Position numbers and translations under genes: made by a program
NCBI RefSeq assembly: GCF_020627745.1
Contig: NZ_JAHDGE010000003.1
Location: 41,282-105,281, forward strand
DNA: 64,000 bases
DNA from: Pseudooctadecabacter sp.
GTDB taxonomy: Bacteria > Pseudomonadota > Alphaproteobacteria > Rhodobacterales > Rhodobacteraceae
Direction: 5' to 3'
Notes under the pieces: generated by a model
The model's input: the letters and a program-made list of their open reading frames with translations, nothing else
The model's database searches: none
What the model was told of the DNA's origin: nothing
In this document: positions 19,510 to 27,698 of the stretch, piece by piece
Numbering within the stretch: the stretch's first letter is position 1
Layout of the letters: each line of letters opens with the position of its first letter

Positions 19510-22278
19510 TCAGGCTGCCTTGGCCAGATTGCGCAGCACATAGTGCAGCACGCCCCCGTGTTCGATGTATTCGACCTCAATCGCGGTATCGATCCGGCAT
19601 TTGAGGGTGATCTCCTTGACCGTTCCGTCGGCCATGGTGATCTGGCAAGGCACCTCTTGCAGCGGGGTCACCGCATCAAGCCCCGTGATCGTCACCGTCT
19701 CCTCACCAGTCAGGCCCAGCGATTTGCGTGTGTCGCCACCGGTGAACTCAAAGGGGATCACGCCCATGCCCACAAGGTTGGACCGGTGGATGCGCTCGAA
19801 ACTTTCGGCGATGACGGCCTTGACCCCCAACAGGTTGGTGCCCTTGGCCGCCCAGTCCCGCGACGATCCGGCGCCGTATTGTTCACCGCCGAAAATCACC
19901 GTGGGCGTGCCCTGATCCTGATAGGCCATGGCCGCCTCAAAGATTGAGGTCTGTTTGCCATCCGGCCCCAAAGTATAGCCGCCTTCGACACCGTCGAGCA
20001 TTTCGTTCTTGATGCGGATGTTGGCAAAGGTGCCGCGCATCATGACCTCGTGGTTGCCGCGCCGCGACCCGTAGGAGTTGAATTCCCGCACAGGGACCTG
20101 CCGTTCCACCAGATACTGGCCCGCTGGCGTGCTTTCCTTGAAGGACCCCGCGGGGCTGATGTGGTCGGTGGTGATCATATCGCCCAGGACCGCCAGCACC
20201 TTGGCCCCTTCGATATTGGTGATCGTGCCGGGGTCTTTGGACATGCCCTGAAAATAGGGCGGGTTCTGGATATAGGTCGACGTGCTGGGCCAGTCGTAGG
20301 TTTCCTGATCAGGGGTTTCCACGCCCTGCCATTTTTCGTCGCCCTTGAAGACGTCCGCGTATTTTTCCTGAAACGCGGCGCGGGTGACGGTCTTTTCGAC
20401 CAGCTCCGCCACCTCCTGCGACGAAGGCCAGATGTCTTTCAGAAAGACGTCGTTGCCGTCCTTGTCTTGACCCAAGGGGTCTTTGGTGAGGTCCACATTC
20501 ATGTCACCGGCCAGTGCATAGGCCACCACCAACGGCGGCGAGGCCAGATAATTGGCGCGCACGTCGGGTGAAATGCGCCCTTCAAAATTGCGGTTGCCCG
20601 ACAGGACGGAGGTGGCGATGATATCGCCTTCGTTGATCGCTTCGGACAGTTCTTTCTGGATCGGGCCGGAGTTGCCGATGCAGGTCGTGCAGCCGTAGCC
20701 CACCAAGTTGAAGCCGATGGCGTCCAGATCCTCTTGCAGGCCCGCGGCCTCAAGATAGGCAGACACGACCTGGCTGCCGGGGGCGAGCGATGTTTTCACC
20801 CACGGTTTCCGGTTCAGCCCCAATTCCCGCGCCTTGCGCGCCACCAGCCCTGCGCCGATCATGACATAAGGGTTGGATGTGTTGGTGCAGGACGTGATGG
20901 AGGCGATGACGATGGACCCGTCGTGGATGGTGTAATCCTCGCCCGCGACCTTGGCGCGTTTGTGTTTTCCTTCATCGCCTGGGATGTCGCGCGGGGCGGG
21001 CTGGCCGCCTTCGCCGGTCCAGTCTGCCTTTTCCTCCTGATCGGCGGACCATTCAGGGCGCTGGCCGGTGATGTAGTTGCCAAAGGTCTGCGCGGCCTCG
21101 GTCAGGGCGACGTAATCCTGCGGACGTTTAGGGCCGGAAATCGCAGGCACAATGGTGCCCATGTCCAGATGCAGGGTGTCGGTGTAAATCGGCGCGTAAT
21201 CATCGCCGCGCCACAGACCGTTTTCCTTGGCATAAGCCTCAACCAGAGCAATCCGGTCTTTGTCGCGGCCTGTGTTTTCCAGATAGCGCAGGGTTTCACC
21301 GTCGATGGGGAAGAACCCGCAGGTGGCGCCGTATTCCGGTGCCATATTGGCGATGGTCGCGCGGTCGGCCAGGGGCAGGGTGTCGAGGCCCGCACCATAA
21401 AATTCGACGAATTTTCCAACCACGCCCTTTTCGCGCAGCATCTCGACGACCTTCAGGACCAGATCGGTGCCGGTGGTGCCTTCCATCATCTGGCCGGTCA
21501 GCTCAAACCCCACAACCTCGGGGATCAGCATGGAAATGGGCTGACCCAGCATCGCGGCCTCCGCCTCGATCCCACCAACGCCCCAGCCCAGCACGGCAGC
21601 GCCATTGACCATGGTGGTGTGGCTGTCGGTGCCCACAAGGGTGTCGGGGTAGGCGACCTCCTCCCCGTGTTGGTCGGTGTCGGTCCAGACCGTCTGGCTG
21701 AGGTATTCAAGGTTCACCTGGTGACAAATGCCCGTGCCGGGCGGCACCACGCGAAAATTGTTGAACGCGGTCTGACCCCATTTGAGGAACGTGTAGCGTT
21801 CCATGTTGCGTTCATATTCGCGGTCCACGTTCATCTGAAAGGCCCGTGGGTTGCCGAATTCGTCGATCATCACGGAGTGATCAATCACCAGATCCACAGG
21901 GTTCAGAGGATTGATCTGTTGCGCATCGCCGCCCAAGGCCACGATCCCGTCGCGCATCGCCGCAAGGTCAACGACCGCAGGCACGCCGGTGAAATCCTGC
22001 ATCAGCACGCGCGCAGGGCGATAGGCAATTTCGCGGGGGTTTTTACCGCCTTGGGTCCCCCATTCAGCAAAGGCCTTGATATCGTCGGTCGTCACCGTCT
22101 TGCCGTCTTCGAACCGCAACATGTTTTCCAGAACAACCTTCAACGCCGCCGGCAATCTGGAAAAGTCCCCCAAACCGGCGGCTTGCGCGGCGGGGATGGA
22201 ATAATAGGCAACGGTCTGATCCCCGACCGTCAGCGTGGTGCGGGTTTTGGATTGGTCGTGACCAACGGTGATGGGCAT
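19510..22278 (-). CDS. acnA: Aconitate hydratase A
   Basis: MQDFTGVP, GTDSHTT, ITSCTNTSN, GYGCTTCIGNSG, GSSRDWAAKG. Confidence 0.98.
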   Translation of the reverse strand: MPITVGHDQSKTRTTLTVGDQTVAYYSIPAAQAAGLGDFSRLPAALKVVLENMLRFEDGKTVTTDDIKAFAEWGTQGGKNPREIAYRPARVLMQDFTGVPAVVDLAAMRDGIVALGGDAQQINPLNPVDLVIDHSVMIDEFGNPRAFQMNVDREYERNMERYTFLKWGQTAFNNFRVVPPGTGICHQVNLEYLSQTVWTDTDQHGEEVAYPDTLVGTDSHTTMVNGAAVLGWGVGGIEAEAAMLGQPISMLIPEVVGFELTGQMMEGTTGTDLVLKVVEMLREKGVVGKFVEFYGAGLDTLPLADRATIANMAPEYGATCGFFPIDGETLRYLENTGRDKDRIALVEAYAKENGLWRGDDYAPIYTDTLHLDMGTIVPAISGPKRPQDYVALTEAAQTFGNYITGQRPEWSADQEEKADWTGEGGQPAPRDIPGDEGKHKRAKVAGEDYTIHDGSIVIASITSCTNTSNPYVMIGAGLVARKARELGLNRKPWVKTSLAPGSQVVSAYLEAAGLQEDLDAIGFNLVGYGCTTCIGNSGPIQKELSEAINEGDIIATSVLSGNRNFEGRISPDVRANYLASPPLVVAYALAGDMNVDLTKDPLGQDKDGNDVFLKDIWPSSQEVAELVEKTVTRAAFQEKYADVFKGDEKWQGVETPDQETYDWPSTSTYIQNPPYFQGMSKDPGTITNIEGAKVLAVLGDMITTDHISPAGSFKESTPAGQYLVERQVPVREFNSYGSRRGNHEVMMRGTFANIRIKNEMLDGVEGGYTLGPDGKQTSIFEAAMAYQDQGTPTVIFGGEQYGAGSSRDWAAKGTNLLGVKAVIAESFERIHRSNLVGMGVIPFEFTGGDTRKSLGLTGEETVTITGLDAVTPLQEVPCQITMADGTVKEITLKCRIDTAIEVEYIEHGGVLHYVLRNLAKAA

Positions 22279-22452
22279 TTGGTTCTCCTTCGAGGTGTGG
22301 CAGGGATCAACGCGTAAGCTGACCTATCGTTGCATCCGGCGGGGGGGTTAGGAAAGGGGGCGGGGTCGAATTGTAACACTGCCCTCGCAAACGGTTGATT
22401 GGCACCGGGCGGACGGGTCGGATAGGCAGGGGGCATTGAATAGGAATTCCGA

Positions 22453-23142
22453 ATGCGTCGTCTTATTGCCAGCCTTGCCACAGTGTTGACCCTCGCCACC
22501 CCGGTGGTGGCCGATGGCCCTGTGGTTGTTGAACTTTATACCTCTCAGGGCTGTTCCAGTTGCCCGCCTGCGGATGCGCTTTTGCATGATCTGGCGGAAC
22601 GGGGGGATGTGATTCCTCTCGCGTTGCATGTGGATTATTGGGACTACATCGGCTGGGCCGACAGTTTTGCCGACCCGTCCCATACCCGCCGACAGCAAAA
22701 TTATGCGGCCGTGGCCGGGGTCAACACGATCTACACTCCGCAAATGATCATCGGCGGAGAGGACCATGTCGTCGGCACCAAACCGATGCAGGTGGCCGAG
22801 GCGATCATGGCGCAAAAGGCGCCAACAGGGGTGCGCGTTTCGGCAACGCGGTCGGGCAACCAGTTGACGATTTCGGGCAGAACGGCGCAGGCCCTGCCCA
22901 GCGGTACGGTGGTGCAGATCGTGCGGTTCAGCCCGTCCGAAACGGTTGATATCCGGCGGGGCGAGAACGCGGGACGCACATTGTCTTATGCCAATATCGT
23001 GACGGATTGGGACGTGGTGGGCGAATGGTCCGGGCGCGGTGCGCTTGAGATGACAGTGCCCGTTTCCGGCGCGGCCCCGATTGTTGTGATCGTACAGGAA
23101 CACGGGCCGGGCGCTGTGCTGGCGACGGCTGTCCTGCGCTGA
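22453..23142 (+). CDS. DUF1223 secreted thioredoxin-like protein
   Basis: Signal peptide, VELYTSQGCSSCPPAD, HVDYWDYIGW, YTPQ. Confidence 0.92.
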   Translation: MRRLIASLATVLTLATPVVADGPVVVELYTSQGCSSCPPADALLHDLAERGDVIPLALHVDYWDYIGWADSFADPSHTRRQQNYAAVAGVNTIYTPQMIIGGEDHVVGTKPMQVAEAIMAQKAPTGVRVSATRSGNQLTISGRTAQALPSGTVVQIVRFSPSETVDIRRGENAGRTLSYANIVTDWDVVGEWSGRGALEMTVPVSGAAPIVVIVQEHGPGAVLATAVLR

Positions 23143-23778
23143 TCACGGCAATTTTGCGAGCCCCGTGCCGATCATGCTGTCACGGGTGACAAGGGCCGCC
23201 AGTTCGTGTTCCGACAGGTTTTCTGTTCCTTCGGGACGGGCTGGGATCACGATGTAGCGCATGTCTGCGGTGCTGTCGTGCACCCGAACGGTCGTGGTGT
23301 CGGGCAGAGTTACGCCAAATTCGGCAAGCACCGCGCGCGGTTCGCGCACGGTCCGGCTGCGATAGGCGCGGGATTTGTACCAGTCGGGCGGCAACCCCAA
23401 AAGATTGCGTGGATAGCATGAACACAGGGTGCAGACGACGACGTTGTGGACGTCGGCAGTGTTTTCCAGTGCGATCAGGTTGAGGGGGCCGATGTCGAAC
23501 CCCATGTCGCGGGTTGCTGCGGAGGCGTCGGCCAGCAGTTCTGCGCGAAAGGCCGGGTCAGTCCAGGCGCGGGCCACGACCTGCGCGCCGTTTGCCGGGC
23601 TTCGGGCGTCCATGGTCTCGATCTGGGCTGCGATGTCGGCTGGGGTGGTGATGCCTTTTTCTACAAGCAATTCCCGCACGGCGATTTCCATGGTTTGCCA
23701 ATAGCTCAGCGGGGTGTCGTCGTCTTCGCGGTAAGGATGGCCGGAGGGGCTGAGGTGGTCATGGTGATCATGGGGCAT
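23143..23778 (-). CDS. Cobalt-type nitrile hydratase alpha / thiocyanate hydrolase gamma subunit
   Basis: VVCTLCSCYPR metal-binding motif, VVARAWTDPAFR, His-rich N-terminus MPHDHHDH; start taken at the internal ATG 23778. Confidence 0.92.
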   Translation of the reverse strand: MPHDHHDHLSPSGHPYREDDDTPLSYWQTMEIAVRELLVEKGITTPADIAAQIETMDARSPANGAQVVARAWTDPAFRAELLADASAATRDMGFDIGPLNLIALENTADVHNVVVCTLCSCYPRNLLGLPPDWYKSRAYRSRTVREPRAVLAEFGVTLPDTTTVRVHDSTADMRYIVIPARPEGTENLSEHELAALVTRDSMIGTGLAKLP

Positions 23779-24040
23779 CGGCAGGCTCCAACCAGTGGTC
23801 ATAAATTTCAGCATCAAGGGTGTCGTCGGGGTGCGGCGTGTCTTCGCCCCAGATGTCACCGAGGCGAAAGCGGACACGGTACAGGGGAAGTGCCGGGGCC
23901 GCGTGGCCGTAGGCCAGATCTTCGGGGTTGGGAAACGCCCCCAATGACCGTTCGATGACGCCGATTTTGCCCCGCAGATAATGCGGGGTGCGCACATGGC
24001 CGGGGGGCATCATGGGTTTGACGCGGACGTGTTGCATCAC
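23768..24040 (-). CDS. SH3-like subunit equivalent to the C-terminal half of nitrile hydratase beta (ScnA-like)
   Basis: GHVRTPHYLRGKIG, LYRVRF, EIYDHWLE. Confidence 0.88.
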   Translation of the reverse strand: MMQHVRVKPMMPPGHVRTPHYLRGKIGVIERSLGAFPNPEDLAYGHAAPALPLYRVRFRLGDIWGEDTPHPDDTLDAEIYDHWLEPADAP

Positions 24041-24408
24041 GTGGCCTGTGCCGCGTCGCCGTAGGTGGCCCCGCGTTTGGCAACTTCGTCCATCTTTTCT
24101 GCGAGCTCGGCCGTAGTATAGGCGCCGCCTTCGATCAGGTTCTGATTGACCGAGGCGATCCAGCGTTCGTAGTAGGTCATGCTTTCGAACGCGTCCTTGC
24201 CCATATCTTCGAGGACACGGCGCAGCCCGTCGACGGTGAAATATCCTTTGGCCGATCCGATGATCATGAGGGCGTCGACACGTTTTTCCCAGAGCGAAAA
24301 ATCGTGTTGGTCGGTGGGAACGGGGCCAGCCGCATCGCCGCCCATGTCATGCCAACGGCGCGCCGTATGTGCATGGTCAGGGTGGCGGGGGGACGATGAT
24401 TTGGTCAT
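24037..24408 (-). CDS. Subunit equivalent to the N-terminal half of nitrile hydratase beta (ScnB-like)
   Basis: HDMGG, WEKRVDA, DGLRRVLE, YYERW; start taken at ATG 24408. Confidence 0.88.
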   Translation of the reverse strand: MTKSSSPRHPDHAHTARRWHDMGGDAAGPVPTDQHDFSLWEKRVDALMIIGSAKGYFTVDGLRRVLEDMGKDAFESMTYYERWIASVNQNLIEGGAYTTAELAEKMDEVAKRGATYGDAAQAT

Positions 24409-24460
24409 GCCTGTGATGCTAGGAGCAGTTGCGCCGTAAGGAAAGACTGCTTTTGACGGC

Positions 24461-25498
24461 TCAGTCGTTGCTGCTGTCGTCTTCGACCACCAAAACAATG
24501 ATGCCCTCGTCCGCCGCATTGCGTATGGCCGCAACCACGGCGGTTTGCGCCTTTTCCCCATCGGACTGCTTGATTTTGCCGCCTTCTTCGATTTCGTCGC
24601 GCAGGTTGTCGGCCATGCGACTGGACATGTTGTTCAGGATAAAATCAGCCGCGTCCGCCAGTGTGCCGCCCGCCTGCAGGGCATAGGCCAGACTTGCGAC
24701 AAGATCGGACTGATCGGCTTCGCGAATGGCCTTGGGAACATCGGGGACAGACAGCCTGTCGGGGATATCGGCAAAGGTGAAGATCGCCTTGCGGACCCCC
24801 TCACCAAAGGTCGGATCTTCGGACAGGAGCCCTTCGAGAATGCCGTCGCGGGTGCTGGCAGAGCTGGAATTGAGGATGGCACCGATCCGGGTTTCGGCGC
24901 TTTCGGCGAAAGCAGGCATGGTCGCGCCGCAATAATTCTGCGCAAGGCTTGCGCCGATCCGTGCCATGGCCTGCGCTGTCACCTTGGTGGTGCGGGACAT
25001 GGAATAGGCGATCCGTCGTGCACGGTCCCCCGGCATCATGCCAAGCAATTCGGCGGCTTTCGGCGTCGACATTTTGGACAGCATGATTGCACAAACCTCG
25101 GGGCTTTCGGCCTCGGTGATGGGCAAAATCGCCTTGTTCTCAAGCTCCAAAACAGATTTCCACGGATCATGACCGGCGCGTGCCGCGGCCTCTTCGCGCA
25201 GTTTGGCCGCAGTGGCGGGGGAGATCCGGCCCTCAAGGGATTTCAAGGCAGCCTCAACGCTGCCGGGCGCGGTCAGGGCGACGGCAGACAGTTCTTTCGA
25301 AAATTCGTCAATGACGTGGTGCAAAGTCACTTTGTCAATGATGCTGAGCGCGCCCAATTCCCGTGTCAGCCGCGCCTGCGATGCTTCGGGAAGGTCTTCG
25401 AGGGGCAGATTTCCGTCATTGCGCAACAGCAGCTGTACCACCATCGCGGCCTTGCGGGATCGCGGAATATCGGGGAGCGTCTGGGTCGGCGTTGCCAT
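24461..25498 (-). CDS. fliG: Flagellar motor switch protein FliG-like (divergent, outside a flagellar cluster)
   Basis: KAA N-terminus, ESPE (EHPQ-equivalent), IFTFADI (MFxF-equivalent), NMSSRMADNLRDEIEE charged helix. Confidence 0.85.
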   Translation of the reverse strand: MATPTQTLPDIPRSRKAAMVVQLLLRNDGNLPLEDLPEASQARLTRELGALSIIDKVTLHHVIDEFSKELSAVALTAPGSVEAALKSLEGRISPATAAKLREEAAARAGHDPWKSVLELENKAILPITEAESPEVCAIMLSKMSTPKAAELLGMMPGDRARRIAYSMSRTTKVTAQAMARIGASLAQNYCGATMPAFAESAETRIGAILNSSSASTRDGILEGLLSEDPTFGEGVRKAIFTFADIPDRLSVPDVPKAIREADQSDLVASLAYALQAGGTLADAADFILNNMSSRMADNLRDEIEEGGKIKQSDGEKAQTAVVAAIRNAADEGIIVLVVEDDSSND

Positions 25499-25541
25499 GG
25501 TGCACCTTTGATCTGAGTGCGTGTGGTCTAGCCAAAGGACA

Positions 25542-25557
25542 TGAATCGGTGGTTAAC
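25542..25557. promoter_or_regulatory. Putative CtrA box (1 mismatch) upstream of fliG
   Basis: TGAA-TCGGTGG-TTAAC versus consensus TTAA-N7-TTAAC. Confidence 0.55.
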
Positions 25558-25638
25558 CGCGATGATATTTCAACCGGCCGGGATGAAAGTGTCGGTTCGC
25601 CTGTTAATTTATGTCAAAAGTGAAATTCAACCCAAGGT

Positions 25639-26127
25639 TTAGCTGGGATGGGTCATTTTGACGGACAGGTCGTGCAATTCATTTCTCAGCGCGTCATCCA
25701 TCCCTGTTTTGGATGCGGTCAGAAGATGTAATTGGCGAATATAGTCGGATAATTGCTGCATTTCCTCGTCTGTATATTCGCGGTCCGGACGGGCGAACCC
25801 GCCAATACTGCGGGTGTCATCCGCCTCAATCCCGATAGCTGCACCGTACTTCATCCCATAAGCCGATGATTGTTCGTAGATTTTCAGCACATCCTGATCC
25901 GATAAATCGGACCAACGGATATACCCCTCATTCGAGAAAGCCCAACTGACAGTCGGATCAGACAGCACATAACCGTTTTGGGAATACACTTCCATCCAGG
26001 CTTTCGGGTAGGTCTGGAATTGAAATTCGGACGATGTGAGGCGAATATGGAATGCAATTGCGAAACCCGCGGGCGCGAGGTCCTCTATTGTTTCCAAAAG
26101 GGTCGTAATTTTGTCTATATTATCCAT
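25639..26127 (-). CDS. Autoinducer-binding-domain-only protein (LuxR N-terminal domain, no HTH)
   Basis: YPKAWMEVY...DPTVSW...RWSDL...YGMKYG keeps the W/Y/DP/W/G pocket residues; ends at 162 aa without an HTH. Confidence 0.88.
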   Translation of the reverse strand: MDNIDKITTLLETIEDLAPAGFAIAFHIRLTSSEFQFQTYPKAWMEVYSQNGYVLSDPTVSWAFSNEGYIRWSDLSDQDVLKIYEQSSAYGMKYGAAIGIEADDTRSIGGFARPDREYTDEEMQQLSDYIRQLHLLTASKTGMDDALRNELHDLSVKMTHPS

Positions 26128-26269
26128 AATGAGCTTCCGCGCTCTCTTTGAGGTTGCTTGCGTCTGAACAGACAGAATACATAAAGTGCACAGCACATGA
26201 GAATAGTAATCGGATCACGTTCCAAAGGACAGGAACATCTGTAGGATCCGATGCGCGAGAGGGCGCAGC

Positions 26270-26878
26270 TTGACGGATTTAGAGACCCACGATGACGTCC
26301 TGATGTTGGCCCCGACGGGCTATTACATCGCGTTGAGAGTGGGTTTTGCCTTTCCGATGGAGGAGGTCAATGCCCTTCCGCAACCATGGGTCGATCACTA
26401 CACCAAATTGAGGTTCATGCTGCATGATCCGGTCACGCGCTGGGTTTACAGCAACACGGGCGCGGTTCGGTGGCGGGACATTGAACTGCCCGATCCCATG
26501 CGGGTGCTGGATCAGGCGCAGACCTTTGGGCTGCGTTACGGGTTGGCGGTGTCCTATTTTGACGGCAACACCGACGGGCACCGGTCGTTTGGCCATTTCG
26601 CGCGATCGGATCGGGATTTCGAGGACGACGAAATTCTGTCGCTGACAGGGTATATCGAACGTCGGCACCACGAGAAAGCGCCGCCGACGAACCTGACCCA
26701 AGCCGAACTTGAGGCGCTGTCGATGCTGCGGGAGGGGATGCGCCTGAAACAGATTGCGCACGACCTTGGGGTGTCGGAGGGGGCGGTCAAACAACGTCTG
26801 AAGAATGCCAAGACCAAACTCGGGGCGCAGACCTCTGCGCAGGCGGCGGCGTTGGCGAAGGAATTCGGGCTGCTTTGA
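26270..26878 (+). CDS. luxR: LuxR-family AHL-responsive transcriptional regulator
   Basis: PWVDHY...DPV...RW pocket plus C-terminal HTH (LTQAELEAL...IAHDLGVSEGAVKQRL...KLG); TTG start with an SD-like GAGAGGG. Confidence 0.93.
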   Translation: MTDLETHDDVLMLAPTGYYIALRVGFAFPMEEVNALPQPWVDHYTKLRFMLHDPVTRWVYSNTGAVRWRDIELPDPMRVLDQAQTFGLRYGLAVSYFDGNTDGHRSFGHFARSDRDFEDDEILSLTGYIERRHHEKAPPTNLTQAELEALSMLREGMRLKQIAHDLGVSEGAVKQRLKNAKTKLGAQTSAQAAALAKEFGLL

Positions 26879-26891
26879 AGGCCGCCTATTC

Positions 26892-26907
26892 GTTAACAAA
26901 TAGTTAA
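26892..26907 (-). promoter_or_regulatory. CtrA box (perfect consensus) upstream of luxI
   Basis: Minus strand TTAA-CTATTTG-TTAAC; additional TTAACCAT half-site at 26974-26981. Confidence 0.75.
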
Positions 26908-27027
26908 TATTTCCCGGAGTTTAGGTCTTTTCCGAATTCGGCGTCGGATTTTCGCGAAAATGATAGGAAAGTATTAACCATCTTCTGAAAGCAGCGCTAA
27001 ATGGACTCTCCAAAAAGGAGAGTAGAA

Positions 27028-27642
27028 ATGGAAAATATCACCTTTGAATTGTCCGGCGTCCATCAACATGGTCCGGCCTTTTTTGACTATCTTGCGCTTA
27101 GAAAACAGTTCTTCGTCGATACATTGCATTGGCAGATACCACACAATGCGGATGTGGAGATGGACCAATACGACAACCCGATGGCACGCTATTCGCTGGT
27201 TCTGGATGATCAGGGTCGCGTCCTGGCAGGCGCTCGGGCTATGTCCTGTGCCGCACAGTGGGGCGATCACACGTACATGCTGAAGGATGCGATGACGGGT
27301 AAACTGTCGACGATCCCCAACAACTTGCTGGATAAGGTCATTGACGCCCCGAACGTGTGGGAGTGTACGCGGCTTGTCATTTCACCTGAAGTCCGGTCGA
27401 TGCGGGTGCGCACGCAATGTCTTGATCTGATCGTCGAAGGGCTGATCGATATGGCCAACGCCGAAGGCGCGGACACGTTGATTTCGCTGTCCAACCTGTG
27501 GCTCCTGCGTGCGTTGAAACGTCTGGGCTACGGTGCCGAACTGATGGGGGAGCCATATGAGAATGGCGATGACGGGCACAAATACGCCGTCATGGCGATT
27601 GCGGCCCGTCACAAGCATCAGGCCGAACTGAACGCAGCCTGA
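27028..27642 (+). CDS. luxI: Acyl-homoserine-lactone synthase
   Basis: LRKQFFVDTLHW, EMDQYD, GARAM, VWECTRL conserved LuxI residues; AGGAG SD before ATG 27028. Confidence 0.93.
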   Translation: MENITFELSGVHQHGPAFFDYLALRKQFFVDTLHWQIPHNADVEMDQYDNPMARYSLVLDDQGRVLAGARAMSCAAQWGDHTYMLKDAMTGKLSTIPNNLLDKVIDAPNVWECTRLVISPEVRSMRVRTQCLDLIVEGLIDMANAEGADTLISLSNLWLLRALKRLGYGAELMGEPYENGDDGHKYAVMAIAARHKHQAELNAA

Positions 27643-27656
27643 CGCATATAAACCAT

Positions 27657-27682
27657 CCGTGGGCGCTTTGGGGGGCCCACGG
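27657..27682. terminator. Hairpin between convergent luxI and purB
   Basis: CCGTGGGC...GCCCACGG inverted repeat. Confidence 0.5.
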
Positions 27683-27698
27683 AGGCAAAGGGGTGGGG

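Noticed and set aside
23779-23997. N-terminal extension of the NHase alpha ORF suggesting a beta-alpha fusion
   Set aside because: The extension overlaps the SH3-like subunit in another frame and has no homology signal; the real start is most likely 23778.
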